A stretch of DNA of 63,017 nucleotides, counting the filler, from Basidiobolus ranarum (lineage: Eukaryota): the NCBI GenBank assembly GCA_040143965.1. It is 40 parts of 40 records of this genome, joined end to end, with 100 filler letters (N's around TTAATTAATTAA, not from the genome) between each part and the next. Parts side by side here need not be neighbours in the genome. Positions count along the whole stretch, not along the records: positions 11,084 to 12,565 come from JASJQH010011924.1; positions 12,666 to 14,147 come from JASJQH010011925.1; positions 14,248 to 15,728 come from JASJQH010011926.1; positions 15,829 to 17,308 come from JASJQH010011927.1; positions 17,409 to 18,888 come from JASJQH010011928.1; positions 18,989 to 20,468 come from JASJQH010011929.1; positions 20,569 to 22,048 come from JASJQH010011930.1; positions 22,149 to 23,627 come from JASJQH010011931.1; 32 more parts are not named here. One strand, written 5' to 3'. The notes beneath the pieces were generated by a model, which did no database searches, was not told the DNA's origin, and saw only the letters and a program-made list of their open reading frames with translations. A program made the translations under genes and the position numbers. Each line of letters begins with the position of its first letter. Position 1 is the stretch's first letter. Below are positions 12,376 through 23,896 of this stretch, piece by piece.

Positions 12376-12565
12376 CTAATGGTTGTGCATATCAAGAACA
12401 ATACGTCCGGCGATCTTGCCGGCATGCATATCTTCATATACTTGAGGAATGGTTTCCATATCTTGGACCTTGTAGTGACACTTGACCTTACCGCGAGCAG
12501 CAAAGTCGAGAGCCTCAGCAAGATCTTGACGGTTACCAACAATAGAACCACGGATGGTCAAACGT
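12376..12565 (-). CDS. ADH: Zn-dependent alcohol dehydrogenase (ADH1-like), C-terminal end
   Basis: TIRGSIVGNRQDLAEALDFAARGKVKC...VYEDMHAGKIAGRIVLD*. Confidence 0.93.
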
Positions 12566-12665
12566 NNNNNNNNNNNNNNNNNNNNNNNNNNNNNNNNNNN
12601 NNNNNNNNNTTAATTAATTAANNNNNNNNNNNNNNNNNNNNNNNNNNNNNNNNNNNNNNNNNNNN

Positions 12666-13710
12666 CTGCATCTTTCACAATGCTTAGAGATTATAGGCCC
12701 TTGCTGTACATTCTGGGAGTTCCCAATGGAGCACACCTGCTGTGAAATGATGCTTTGTGTGAGATTGTCAGTATTACTATATGCTAATTTGATTAACAAT
12801 GTATCAGCAAAATCAGTGATGGATGTAACGCAATGGGTTAAGGAGACTGCAGAGTATATTAACCTGCCAACAAAGGGCTCTTTTCAATGTGCTCTTGGGT
12901 TTTTGCATTGTTTGCGCACAATAACAGCAGCAAAGCCCAATCCATGGACACAGAGTAAGTACCTTTATAATTGGATTAATTTGCTTGTGTGATAATCTGA
13001 TGGTATTTTTAGGAAAGCTGCAAGACAGACTTCTTGGTGAGATAGATGGAGATAGGCAGTATTATTGTTTTAGCCATGGGGTAATCTATTCAAGCAATGA
13101 CACATCTACTTGTGGCTGGATATTTGTTGACTGCAAGTTGGGGATATATTGGCTGAATTGTTTACAGAAATTTGCCAAAATCCAAGAACATATTCTCATT
13201 GTGAATGGTAACAAGAGTCAGCTATTTGCCAAGTGTCAGTGCTATTCAAAATTTCAGATGTTTAGCAATTTTTCCACCATTAATTTGCTGGTAAAACATA
13301 TGATGTTGTTGAGTTATATCTAATCAGTCAAATATGTGCATATGTAGAGCCTAAACACAATAAGATTCTTGTATTTTTTGATTCTTATTATGGCCGGAAT
13401 ATAGAGCCTAAATTATCTAATTATAGGCATGCATATTAATTCAAAATCCTATAGCAGTAAACCCAGTAATTTGCCATTAGAAAATTATATTTTTGCAAAA
13501 ATTGCTGGATATTGAATAATGCATGCCAAATTTGAGGATCAATATTTTAACATGTTTGACTACCATTAAGATACCATCAAGAAACCGCCATTACACCTTC
13601 AAAATCCCTGGCAGAATGCAAGCCAACAATATTGAGACAGTTCTCTGATGGTTTTGCTATTTTGGAGGGTAGATCCAATCCGGATCAAATCAATTTTATT
13701 TTTATTAGGA
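12666..13710 (+). mobile_element. CACTA-type transposase C-terminal region and right terminus
   Basis: LHLSQCLEIIGPCCTFWEFPMEHTC. Ends ...ATTTTTATTAGGA, a degenerate reverse complement of CCCTAACAAAAAT. Confidence 0.88.
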
Positions 13711-14147
13711 ATATCTGAATCTGGAATTGCAGATCTGTGTAATGGTGTGAAGAATTTGGTACATGGAACAGTAGAGCCTATGCTCACTGGCTCCTTTGCT
13801 TTTCCCTTGGGTTTACTAACTTCCTGCTCCTTGAGTACTTCTTTAGCTGCTTTTCTTTCTTTTCCAAGTCAATAATTGCATACATTTTTGAGATGTTTCA
13901 TGAATAGGCCTATACTAGCCCAATTGCCATTTGCTTGCAAAAACCCAGGATAAGTCACATGAAATAAGTCAAGAACCTTCAGAGTAATGCCTGGTTTTTG
14001 GTTTTTCCACAATTGACTCAAATCCAGGTGATTTCAGGCAAGATTCCGCACAGTTTCCAAAATGTTAAACCACTCATCATCAGAGCAAGTGACGGCAGCT
14101 CTGACATTCAGAGTCTTTTGGTTTGCCGGTTTTCCTATGAGATTTCT
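13711..14147 (-). mobile_element. CACTA-like ORF2 fragment (target of the nested insertion)
   Basis: HLDLSQLWKNQKPGITLKVLDL...NGNWASIGLFMKHLKN, collinear with 57910-58298. Confidence 0.82.
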
Positions 14148-14247
14148 NNNNNNNNNNNNNNNNNNNNNNNNNNNNNNNNNNNNNNNNNNNNTTAATTAAT
14201 TAANNNNNNNNNNNNNNNNNNNNNNNNNNNNNNNNNNNNNNNNNNNN

Positions 14248-15728
14248 CCGAGCCACGGCCCGAAGGGACCGTCAAAGGGGCCCCGATTGGCCCCCCATGA
14301 TTGGCCTATAGATCTACAAGAAGGAAAACAACCACCATTTGGGTCCATATATGGGCTGATCCAGCCAGAACTCAACATTCTGAAAGAGTATATTGCAGAA
14401 ACTCTGGAGAAGGGATTTATTGAACATTCAAAGTCCCCAGCAGGCTCTCCAATCTTATTTGTTAAGAAAAAGGATGGATCCCTCTGTCTCTTTGTTGATT
14501 ATCACAGCCTAAATAGCATTAGATTCAAAAATTGGTACCTCTTGCCATTAATCAACTCACCCTTGGATCAGCTTGCTTCAGCCAAGGTGTTTACAAAGAT
14601 TGATCTAAGTAGTGCTTACAATCTTGTAAGAATCAAACCAGGAGACCAATGGAAAACTGCCTTTCAAATTTGTTATGGACACTTTAAATACAATGTCATG
14701 CCATTTGGACTTACCAATGCCCCTGCAGTCTTTCAACACAAGAAGAATGATATTTTCAGAGAGTATCATGACCAATCTGTGGTAATATGCATTGAAAATA
14801 TCTTGGTCTTCTCAAGCTTTCAAGAATAACATAATATTCATGTTTCCCAAATCCTAAAAAAGTTGATTATCACTGGGCTCTATGCTAAAGATGAGAAATG
14901 TGAATTTGATCAAGCTCAAGTTGAATTCTTTGGATATAACATCAGCCAATCAGGCATCTCCATGGACCCTGAGAAGGTTGAATCTGCTCTGTCTTGGGAT
15001 ATTCCCAAGAATGTGAAGGATGTCCAATCTTTCCTTGGATTTGCAAACTTTTACCAGCAGTTTCTCAAGAACTACTCCAACATATCCACTCCATTAACAA
15101 ATCTTATAAAGAAAGAACTCCCATTCCACTGGAACCCTTCTTGTCAACAAGCATTTGTAACTTTAAAGAGGGCTTTTACCTCATCACCAATCCTGGCACA
15201 TCCCAAGCCAGACAAGCCATTTATTGTTGAAGCTGATGCATCCAACTTTGCTCTAGGAGCAGTACCATTACAGTTTGATGAGGACAACTTACTGCACCCT
15301 GTTGCCTTTTACTCAAGCAAGTTCTCTGCCACAGAAATCAACTATGACAGCTATGCCAAGGAAATATTAGCAAATATTGCTGTGTTTGAATAATGGCAAC
15401 AATACTTAGATAGAGCAAATGACAAAATCACAATTTATTGTGATCACCAGAATCTTTTGTATTACAGTACAACCAAAGTCCTCAACCATCATCAACCAAG
15501 ATGGTCATTATTTCTTGGCAGTTTTGATTTTGTCATTACATTCAACCAGGTAGCTGGCAAGGAAAGCCTGCTCCTGATCATGTAGATCAGAATATCAGCC
15601 TAAAGAAGGGGATGAGGACTTTGGCCCATAAAATACTATCAGGAAAATATGGGCTGTTTGGAGGAACTTTAGAACAGTGGACTTGTGAATAGCTTTGTGA
15701 GATAATTATTTATTGTCCAGAAATAAAG
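14248..15728 (+). mobile_element. Degenerate Ty3/gypsy (Tf2/Tcn1-like) RT-RNase H
   Basis: [76 protein letters not shown]. Confidence 0.95.
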
Positions 15729-15828
15729 NNNNNNNNNNNNNNNNNNNNNNNNNNNNNNNNNNNNNNNNNNNNTTAATTAATTAANNNNNNNNNNNNNNNN
15801 NNNNNNNNNNNNNNNNNNNNNNNNNNNN

Positions 15829-16272
15829 AAAATTAGCGTTTCCAATCTGTGCATTACGGAAGGCAAAGACGGTACCTATCGTGGCGGTTTAAGAAATGCC
15901 ACTCTGCCAGGCCTTGTCAGCTTGGTTTGCCCTACCCAATGTAAAGACGTTTTGGTTAGTGGTGTCACAGAAATAAGGAAGAGTGAATCCATTTATTCTC
16001 ATAAAAATGGCTTCAGGGTAAATGTGAACTCGAGTTCATGCCTTGAGGAGTATATAACACGCCACCTATTATACATTGGAAGTCCAAACAACAAAGAACA
16101 AACTTACGTTGCTTGTAGCTCAAATACATTCTCAAAGGAAGAGGATCATTGGAATCTAGTCTTCTATATAGATGGAGGAGTTGCAGCCAAGTCATCGGAG
16201 GATAAAGGGATAAATTTAGGCCCGTGCTATCTGCTTCTCTCCCTTTTACTTCTTTTCTGGTTTTCTTATTGA
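15829..16272 (+). CDS. C-terminal part of an unknown Cys-containing protein with a hydrophobic tail (possible GPI or TM anchor)
   Basis: The frame is open from the contig start (ISVSNLCITEGKDG...) to ...GINLGPCYLLLSLLLLFWFSY*. CpG is not depleted. Confidence 0.6.
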   Translation, partial: KISVSNLCITEGKDGTYRGGLRNATLPGLVSLVCPTQCKDVLVSGVTEIRKSESIYSHKNGFRVNVNSSSCLEEYITRHLLYIGSPNNKEQTYVACSSNTFSKEEDHWNLVFYIDGGVAAKSSEDKGINLGPCYLLLSLLLLFWFSY

Positions 16273-17408
16273 GTTCATTTATTGACAATGGCCTTTAGTA
16301 GCACCATTGACAGAATACCTAAATAATCATCTGTTTACTCGCACTAAATATCTCTACAATATCATCAAATGTTAACAAATTCACGAGAAATCACAGCCTA
16401 GCGAGCATCAGTTTGTTTAAAGGGTAAGTAAAGTTGCATTGTGCGCCTTATCTTACCTTAGAATCACAAATGAGTAACTGAATAACATCTTTTATTACAC
16501 ATTTACACTGTTCATTGTGATAGTATTATATGTGTTATTTACGTGTAAAACTTATTGACTCGCCACATTATTTAGAATCGATGGGGATTGGTAGTTCGTA
16601 CGTGAACAATGGTTATCTTCACACACGCAAATGAAAAACATTCATTTATGCACATCATTCAAATCCGCTTACCATATGCTCTTTATTGCACTACAGGTAG
16701 TGATAAATACTATCCTGCTTGTTGCTTTGAATGTTTGAGAATCACGCTAGAAAGTTAGATAGACCAATTACACTGAGTTACATACATTGCAACACTGGTT
16801 TCTAACCAACAGGATGAAGGTGAATTTTCTCAAATAGCTGGAATTGCTACTTTGTATGCAAAGCATATCAAACACTACTCCTACGAGCTGCGTTCTATGA
16901 ATTCTATGGCCACCATCTATAACAAAGAATGGGGATGTAAGATCTTTGATAAAAACCACTAATCTGACACATTTGGCTTGGCATATCTGGCCAGTATTCT
17001 AATACTCTCACACTAGAACTCACTGAAAAAACCGGAACGCTTGGTTACTTTCCATCGTGCTTTTAAATATACTGTAGCATTTGTTCATTCAGCCCAGGAG
17101 AAGTAGTTTGATGTTTGTAATATGGAAGTACAATAAGTTTTACTAAACTCTTAATTCACCATAATCCGTATTTATAGCCAAACTCAATTCCTCATCCTAT
17201 ATTCAACTCAATCAAGATGAAATTTTCACAACTACTTGGCGCATCAATCATCTTTCCAACACTTTTGCTTGGCGCTCCAGTTCAACTGATTACTGTTGTC
17301 AAACGACANNNNNNNNNNNNNNNNNNNNNNNNNNNNNNNNNNNNNNNNNNNNTTAATTAATTAANNNNNNNNNNNNNNNNNNNNNNNNNNNNNNNNNNNN
17401 NNNNNNNN

Positions 17409-18888
17409 TATGAGTGACTGATACTCCTCTGCCATTGCAGCACTCCAAAACTTTGTGTTGGGACTCTCCATAGCCTCCTGTACTGATTTGGGTTCATCAG
17501 AAAAGGCTAAATTAGCACTAGGCTCCTTTTGGCTAGTGTGAGAGTAGTAATCAGGTGGAGATCTCATCCAATTGGATCTCCTAAGATGGGAAATTGGCAC
17601 TACAACTTCTGGTACCAATTTAGGCAATGAAACCACTTCATGCTTGGCTGAGGACACTGCAGGTGAGAGATTTTCAATGTTTTTCTCACTGATCAGGATC
17701 TGGTGAGAAAAAGAAGAATTTTCATCAATTTTTGGTTGTTTTTCTTGATCCTGGATTGTTTTGATTGAAAATTTTTCTTCTTCAGCAAATTCCACATCCC
17801 TTGACTTGATTAGCCTCTTATTTTCAGTGTTATATAGCCTTTACCCATTTGTTCCATCCTAATATCCCAAAAAAAGACATTTCTGGCTTTTTCGGTCTAA
17901 TTTTAATCTCTTCTGGTCTGGAATCATTGCATATGTGGTACTTCCAAAAGCTCTGAGCTTAGCCACATACTTCCAAAGACTCTGAGATTAGCCATATCAG
18001 GTTTACTTCCAAACCAAGCTTGATAAGGTGTCATAGCCAGTAGAGACCTAGAAGGACATCTATTCCTCATATATACTGCAGTTGCAACCAATTCAGCCCA
18101 GAACTGTTTTAGTAAATCTTGATCATGAACCATTGTTCTTGCCTTTTCCATTATGGATCTGTTTGCACATTCTGCTACTCCATTCTGCTGTGGAGAATAT
18201 GGCACTGTAGTCTGCTGTTTTATGCCATGTGCTGAGCAGAAGTTAGAGAAGAGTTTTGAAGTATATTCCCCTCCATGATCATTATGGATAATCTTAAGTT
18301 TTAGACCTGTTTCAGTCTCTACCATGGCTTTGAACTTCTTGAAGGTATCAAAGGCTTTGTCCTTACTGGCCAGAAAGTATACCTAAGTATACTTTGTCTT
18401 AGCATCAATAAAGGTCATAAAATACCTTTTTCCGCCTAAGGATTTTCTCTGCATTGGGCCACACAGATCTGGGTGTAACAGGCCCAATTTTTGATCAATT
18501 TTGCTCATTCCAGAGCCCACAAATGGCTGTCTGTGTTGCCTACCATATAGGCAACCTTCACATAGCTCCAGATCTGGTGGAATTACAAAATTTAGTCCCA
18601 AAACCATCTTGTTTTTGATTAAATTTCTCATATTTTCAGCTCCTGGATGACCCAATCTCCTATGCCCAATTTCCAGTCTATCTCTTCAGCTGTGGCAGTA
18701 TTAACTTGTTCATATATTGGCCTAATATAATGAAGTTTATACAAGCTATTTTGCTTAGCTCCAGAAGCTACGTAATTCCCTTTTTGATCCCTGATTGTAC
18801 AGCCATTTTGATCAAAATTAAAGCAATATCCCTCAGATGTTGCTTTACTCACTGATAACAAATTTTTTGCTATCCCAGGCACATATAG
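17409..18888 (-). mobile_element. Degenerate Ty1/copia GAG-pre-integrase, integrase and linker
   Basis: GHPG..CEGCLYGRQHRQPF, DLCGPM, DHGGEY, PYSPQQNGVAE, FWAELVATAVYMRNRCP, EPKSVQEAM. Confidence 0.95.
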
Positions 18889-18988
18889 NNNNNNNNNNNN
18901 NNNNNNNNNNNNNNNNNNNNNNNNNNNNNNNNTTAATTAATTAANNNNNNNNNNNNNNNNNNNNNNNNNNNNNNNNNNNNNNNNNNNN

Positions 18989-19505
18989 ATTCAGGGCCTC
19001 TTTTACAGTCTGGGGCTCATGTATTTGAGCTGTGCAGGCATAGGCTCAGTTTTTGGACTCATTGATATAGTAAGCAGGGCTATTTCTGATCCAATTTGAT
19101 CTCCTGGTTTGGGATAAAGGTACTACAACTTCTAGCATTGTATTAGGCACTTCAGGAGGCAAAATTTTGATTGAGTGGTCCACAGCAATGCTATTTTCTT
19201 CATTGTTTTGGTGTGAATCAATTTGAACAATTGGATCAGGAGATAAATGATTTTTGTCATCATCTGAGGTCATTTTGGGTTAAACTCTATCATTTTCCAT
19301 AAATAAAACATCCCTGGACTTGATTAACTTGGAAATTTTGATATTATAGAGTCTGTAGGCCTTATCTGAATACAATAACCCAGAAATATGCATTTCTTAC
19401 TTTTTGGATCAAATTTAAGCCAATTTTTGGTCATAATTTTGACATAAGCAATATATCTGAAGATCCTCAAATGTTTTACATCAGGTTTAACTCCAAACCA
19501 AGCTT
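18989..19505 (-). mobile_element. Ty1/copia post-integrase fragment (second family)
   Basis: QAWFGVKPDVKHLRIF..KFDPKSKKCIFLGY..EPQTVKEAL. Confidence 0.85.
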
Positions 19506-20468
19506 GCATATTTTGAGTTACCAATTCTTCTGTTAGTTTTGCATCAATTGACTTGTTGCAGGGCACAAAGTAGGCCATTTTTGTTAGACGGTCAATAATG
19601 AATAGAATTGAATCATATTTAGCAGACTAGGTCAGATCAGTTATGAAATCCAGGGATATGGATTTCCACTGCTGATCAGCAATTGGAAGTGGCTGTAGAA
19701 GGCCATAGGGCTGATGTCTTGGAGTCTTCATTCAAGCACAAGTATCAAAGGTGGAAACATAAGTCTTGACAAATGCAAAAATTTTGGGCCATGAGTAATC
19801 CCTGGATGCCAACATATATGATTTGGCAATACAAAAGTTTCCCACAAGTAGTTAGCCATGTCCTTCCTGCATGATTTTGAGTCCTAAAGTGTGGTCTGGA
19901 ATATAAAGGTGCTACTCATAAAACAATAGATCATTGATGATAGAGAAAAGGCATTACATGTTCAAGCATGAGAGACCTTTGGGTGTATCCTGGGCTTTTT
20001 TGAATAATATTACCAATGGGTCTTCAGATTGAAGTTTGTGAATGTCTTCAGGACATGTGCTTGAACTAGGCAGGGAAAGAGCAGTATCATTCATTTGATG
20101 TTGGTTGGGCTTCAGTAAGGAAGTATTTTGTTGGAGAATGGCCTCATCCCCTCCTTTAGGTTGCTATTCTGCTCTATGTGATGAGACATCAGGCTTTCCT
20201 TACTGGCTACCTGGCTCATATGTAATCACAAAATCAACATTGGCAAGAAGTAATGACCATCTTGCTTGATAGTGATTGGGAACTCTGGTTGTACTAAAAT
20301 ACTGAAGATTCTCATGATAACAATAGACTGTGATTGTTTGATTTGCTCCATCCAAGAACTGTTGCCATTGTTCAAATGCAGCAATATATGCTAACATCCC
20401 CTTGTCATAGATGTCATAGTTGAATTCTGCTGCAGAGAACTTTCTTGAGTAAAAGGCAACAGGGGGCA
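19506..20468 (-). mobile_element. Degenerate Ty3/gypsy RNase H-integrase
   Basis: [64 protein letters not shown]. Confidence 0.92.
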
Positions 20469-20568
20469 NNNNNNNNNNNNNNNNNNNNNNNNNNNNNNNN
20501 NNNNNNNNNNNNTTAATTAATTAANNNNNNNNNNNNNNNNNNNNNNNNNNNNNNNNNNNNNNNNNNNN

Positions 20569-21577
20569 ATATTGGCCATTGCTATACATTCTAGAAGTTC
20601 CCAAAGGGGTGTACCTGCAGTGTAATGATGCTTCCTGTGAAATTTTGAGTAATACTGTATTCAATATAACTCACATTGTGTCAGCAACATCAGTGTTAGA
20701 TATTAAGCAATGGGTTAAGAAGACTCCAGCCTATATCAATCTTCCCACACAGTGCTGAATTAAATGTGCTCATGGGCTTTGCATAGTTTGAGTACAACAA
20801 TAGCAAAAAACCCAATTCATCAAGACAGAGACAGTATCTCTGTAGGTCAGACTATTTTGTTTGTGTGATAATGTGATGATATTTGTGGGCAGTTACAAGA
20901 TGGACATCTTGGAGAGATTAATTGAGTAACATGGTATTCTTGTTTTAGCCCTGAAGTAATCCATTCAAGCAATGATACATCTACTTGTGGCATGACATTT
21001 GTTGACTGCAAGATGAGGATATTTTGACTGAATTCTTCAAGGAATTTTGGAAAAATCCAAGAACTTATTTTTGTCACCAATGGTAGCAAGAGTCAGCTAT
21101 TGGCCAAGTGCCAGTGATACTCAAAATTTCCAATGTTTAGCAATTGTTTACAATTCGTTTGTTGGTAAAGCAGAACAATGTTGCTGTGTTGTATCTGATC
21201 AGTCAAGTATGCACATATGTAGAGACTACATACAACAACATTCTTTTATTTTTTGATTCTAATTATGGCTCAAGTACAAAGACCAAGATATCACATTACC
21301 AGCATGTATATTAATTTGAATTCCTACAGCAGTAAACCCAGTAATTTGCCATTTTAAAATTGGATTTTTTTGTTGGAAATTCAATAATGGATGCATAATA
21401 TTACAACTAATATTTCACCATAAGTAGTCACCATCATAATATCTTTAAGAAGCCACCATTTCACCATCATCATATCTGGCAGAATGCAAGCCACTGATAT
21501 TGTGACAATCCTCTAATGGTTTTGTGCTCCAGAAGAGTGGTTTTGATCCATCTAAATCAATTTTATTTTTGTTAGGG
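20569..21577 (+). mobile_element. Diverged CACTA-type transposase C-terminus and right terminus
   Basis: Collinear with 12700-13710. Ends ATTTTTGTTAGGG. Confidence 0.82.
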
Positions 21578-22048
21578 ATATTTCAAGATGTGTATTCAGA
21601 CCCCAACCAAAATGAGAACCCTGAAGATTTGTAAATATGGAAGAACCAAGCAGGCAGTGACCCATGAGTCTAATCAAATCAAATCTGTCAAAGAAACTGC
21701 ATTTAATTATTTTAGTTTTATGTTTCCTGATGTAATACTGTTCATTGGGCAGAAAGAGATATCAAATCCAATTAATTAACAATTGTTGAAATAGGCATTG
21801 CCTAAACACCTATATAGTCATATTTCTTAGTCCTTAGTTATCTAATATTTCACTAAGGTAATCACCATTATTATCAATATGAATTTATTTAGTTTTTTTA
21901 CCAACTTTCAAGTTCTCAGTTGTAAAGATTTTTCAAACTTGTGCTAGAAGCCCCAAACTTTGCACTCATGATCTTGGGACCATTATTCTTAAATGCTACA
22001 CATTAGTTTGCTTATATATTGACTGAACCATAAATGTCTACTTTCTTC
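21578..22048 (+). mobile_element. Possible Tc1/IS630-like transposase C-terminal remnant plus inner part of the TIR
   Basis: KQAVTHESNQIKSVKETAFNYFSFMFPDVI weakly resembles a Tc1 C-terminus. 21947-22048 (GAAGCCCCAAACTTTGCAC...) is related to the MITE arm at 62836-63017. Confidence 0.45.
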
Positions 22049-22169
22049 NNNNNNNNNNNNNNNNNNNNNNNNNNNNNNNNNNNNNNNNNNNNTTAATTAA
22101 TTAANNNNNNNNNNNNNNNNNNNNNNNNNNNNNNNNNNNNNNNNNNNNCATTGACTGGGGCTCATAACC

Positions 22170-22451
22170 TGTTGAAATTTTTTAGGGGGAAATATTGGTC
22201 TGGCCAGGATTTGAACTTGGGACCTCCTTCACTCTAGCAAGGTGCTCTAACTACTGAGCTAGCAGTCCTTGTATGCTATGCCCATATTGCTAGAGAACCT
22301 TAACCTAGTCTGTCAATGTATGGTAATTTGACATTTCAGCTTTACAAGCAACTGATTGGCCTCAGACTTTGTGTTCAGATGCAGTCACCATACTCCATAT
22401 TTTCCACTTTGGGAGTTGCTGCTTGTACCACAAGTCACCAGACTTTCAACA
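22170..22451 (-). mobile_element. 282-bp LTR-like element (TGTTGAAA...TTTCAACA) containing a tRNA-like gene
   Basis: Perfect 8-bp inverted termini with TG..CA ends, flanked by copia sequence. Partial copies at 7920 and 9334. No TSD seen. Confidence 0.75.
22196..22268 (-). tRNA. 73-nt tRNA-like sequence (pseudo-tRNA, nominal anticodon AGA) inside the repeat
   Basis: GGACTGC TA GCTC AGTAGTTA GAGC A CCTTG CTAGAGT GAAGG AGGTC CCAAG TTCAAAT CCTGG CCAGACC A. Canonical spacing, A and B boxes and a perfect D stem, but four stem mismatches elsewhere. Confidence 0.7.
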
Positions 22452-23104
22452 AAGTCTCCTCAACTGAGCCTGAGTTAGTTTCATTGTCTAAATTGGTACC
22501 AGAAGTTGTAGAGCCAATTTCCCATCCTAGGAGATCCATGTGGATGAAATCTCCACCTGATTACTACTCTCACACTAGCCAAAAGGAGCCTGGTGCTAAT
22601 TTAGCCTTTTCTGATGAACCCAAATCAGTACAGGAGGCTATGGAGAGTCCCAACACTAAGTTTTGGAGTGCTGCAATGGCAGAGGAGTATCAGTCACTTA
22701 TAGATAACCAAACTTGGACTTTGGTTGAGTTACCTGATGACCAAAAATCAATTGGCTGCAAATGGGTGTTTAAATTTAAACAGCAAGCAGATGGATCTGT
22801 AGAAAGATATAAAGCCAGACTTGTGGCTAAAAGATACTCTCAAATGGAAGGAGTGTACTACAATGAAACATTTGCTCCTGTAGTAAAGTTTAATTATATC
22901 AGAACCATACTAGCAGTAGCAGCAAAACACAGCTTAAAAATCCATTAAATGGATGTTAAAACTGCTTTTTTGAATAGGGACTTGAAAGAGGATATATTCA
23001 TGGATCAACCAGATGGCTTTGTGGATCCTGAGCACCCTGAGGATGTGTGTAAGCTTCAAAAATCACTTTATGGACTTAAACAATCACCCAGGGCCTGGTA
23101 CACT
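22452..23104 (+). mobile_element. Ty1/copia RT N-terminal fragment
   Basis: [57 protein letters not shown]. Confidence 0.93.
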
Positions 23105-23389
23105 CCCTAACAGAAATTTGAGGATTGTTATCATAGGAAAACAGGCACAATTTTAATCCATTTTGGATTGACCATTTACTTACCATCATAAAATTGTCAA
23201 GTTAGATTTGATTTTAATCAATTTTTTCAGTTTCAGGAGTGAAATTTCAAGATGTCACAAAATAGTTGCGCATGATTGGCTAAAATCTCAGAGAACTATG
23301 GATCAACACATGTGTGAAAAACGTAACTCAAATTTTACACATTACCACTTGAATGCTAATTTGTCACCTTCAAAATCCCTAGTCTCTTT
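23105..23389. mobile_element. CACTA-like element left terminus
   Basis: CCCTAACAGAAATTTGAGG interrupts copia RT. Matches 8696 and 57061. Confidence 0.82.
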
Positions 23390-23627
23390 TGTTGAAGTTT
23401 ATTGTCTTTATCATATTTGTTATCTCTATCTTTGTACACCTAACTATTTCATATATCACATATAAGTTAGTTAACATTAATTAGTCAAATATAACTTAGC
23501 TGAAAATTGGAGCATGTATTATATATATATGTGAATAATGTGAGAATTAGCAATTCCATATTGGAAATTTCAAACTCGTCCAAATTGCCCCAAAGATAGC
23601 TCATTTTACTCCCACAGATGTTCTGAA
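23390..23627 (+). repeat. LTR-like repeat family F (TGTTGAAGTTTATTGTC...)
   Basis: TG start, with an inverted copy at 59972-60124. Confidence 0.65.
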
Positions 23628-23727
23628 NNNNNNNNNNNNNNNNNNNNNNNNNNNNNNNNNNNNNNNNNNNNTTAATTAATTAANNNNNNNNNNNNNNNNN
23701 NNNNNNNNNNNNNNNNNNNNNNNNNNN

Positions 23728-23896
23728 TTTGCACACATGTTCCTGGGCCTTCCTTAACATATTCTACATGTTAGTTTGTTTACATCTTGCCAAAACTTTA
23801 AATGTCATCTTTCTACTCAATAAATCATCAAGTGAACACCCGCAAGTCCTCTACTTCTCCACACCACTTCCAACAGGCTCCCAAATACTTTAACAA
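23728..23896. mobile_element. Arm/TIR of the Tc1-like MITE family, followed by TA
   Basis: Reverse complement of 62836-63005. Ends ...AAATACTTTAACAA-TA. Confidence 0.75.

Noticed and set aside
14248-14297. GC/CpG-rich stretch at the start of the gypsy contig
   Set aside because: It is short and at a contig end, so most likely low-quality sequence.
22196-22268. Functional tRNA-Ser(AGA) gene
   Set aside because: It has four stem mismatches, lacks the long variable arm, varies around the anticodon loop between copies, and sits inside a dispersed repeat.
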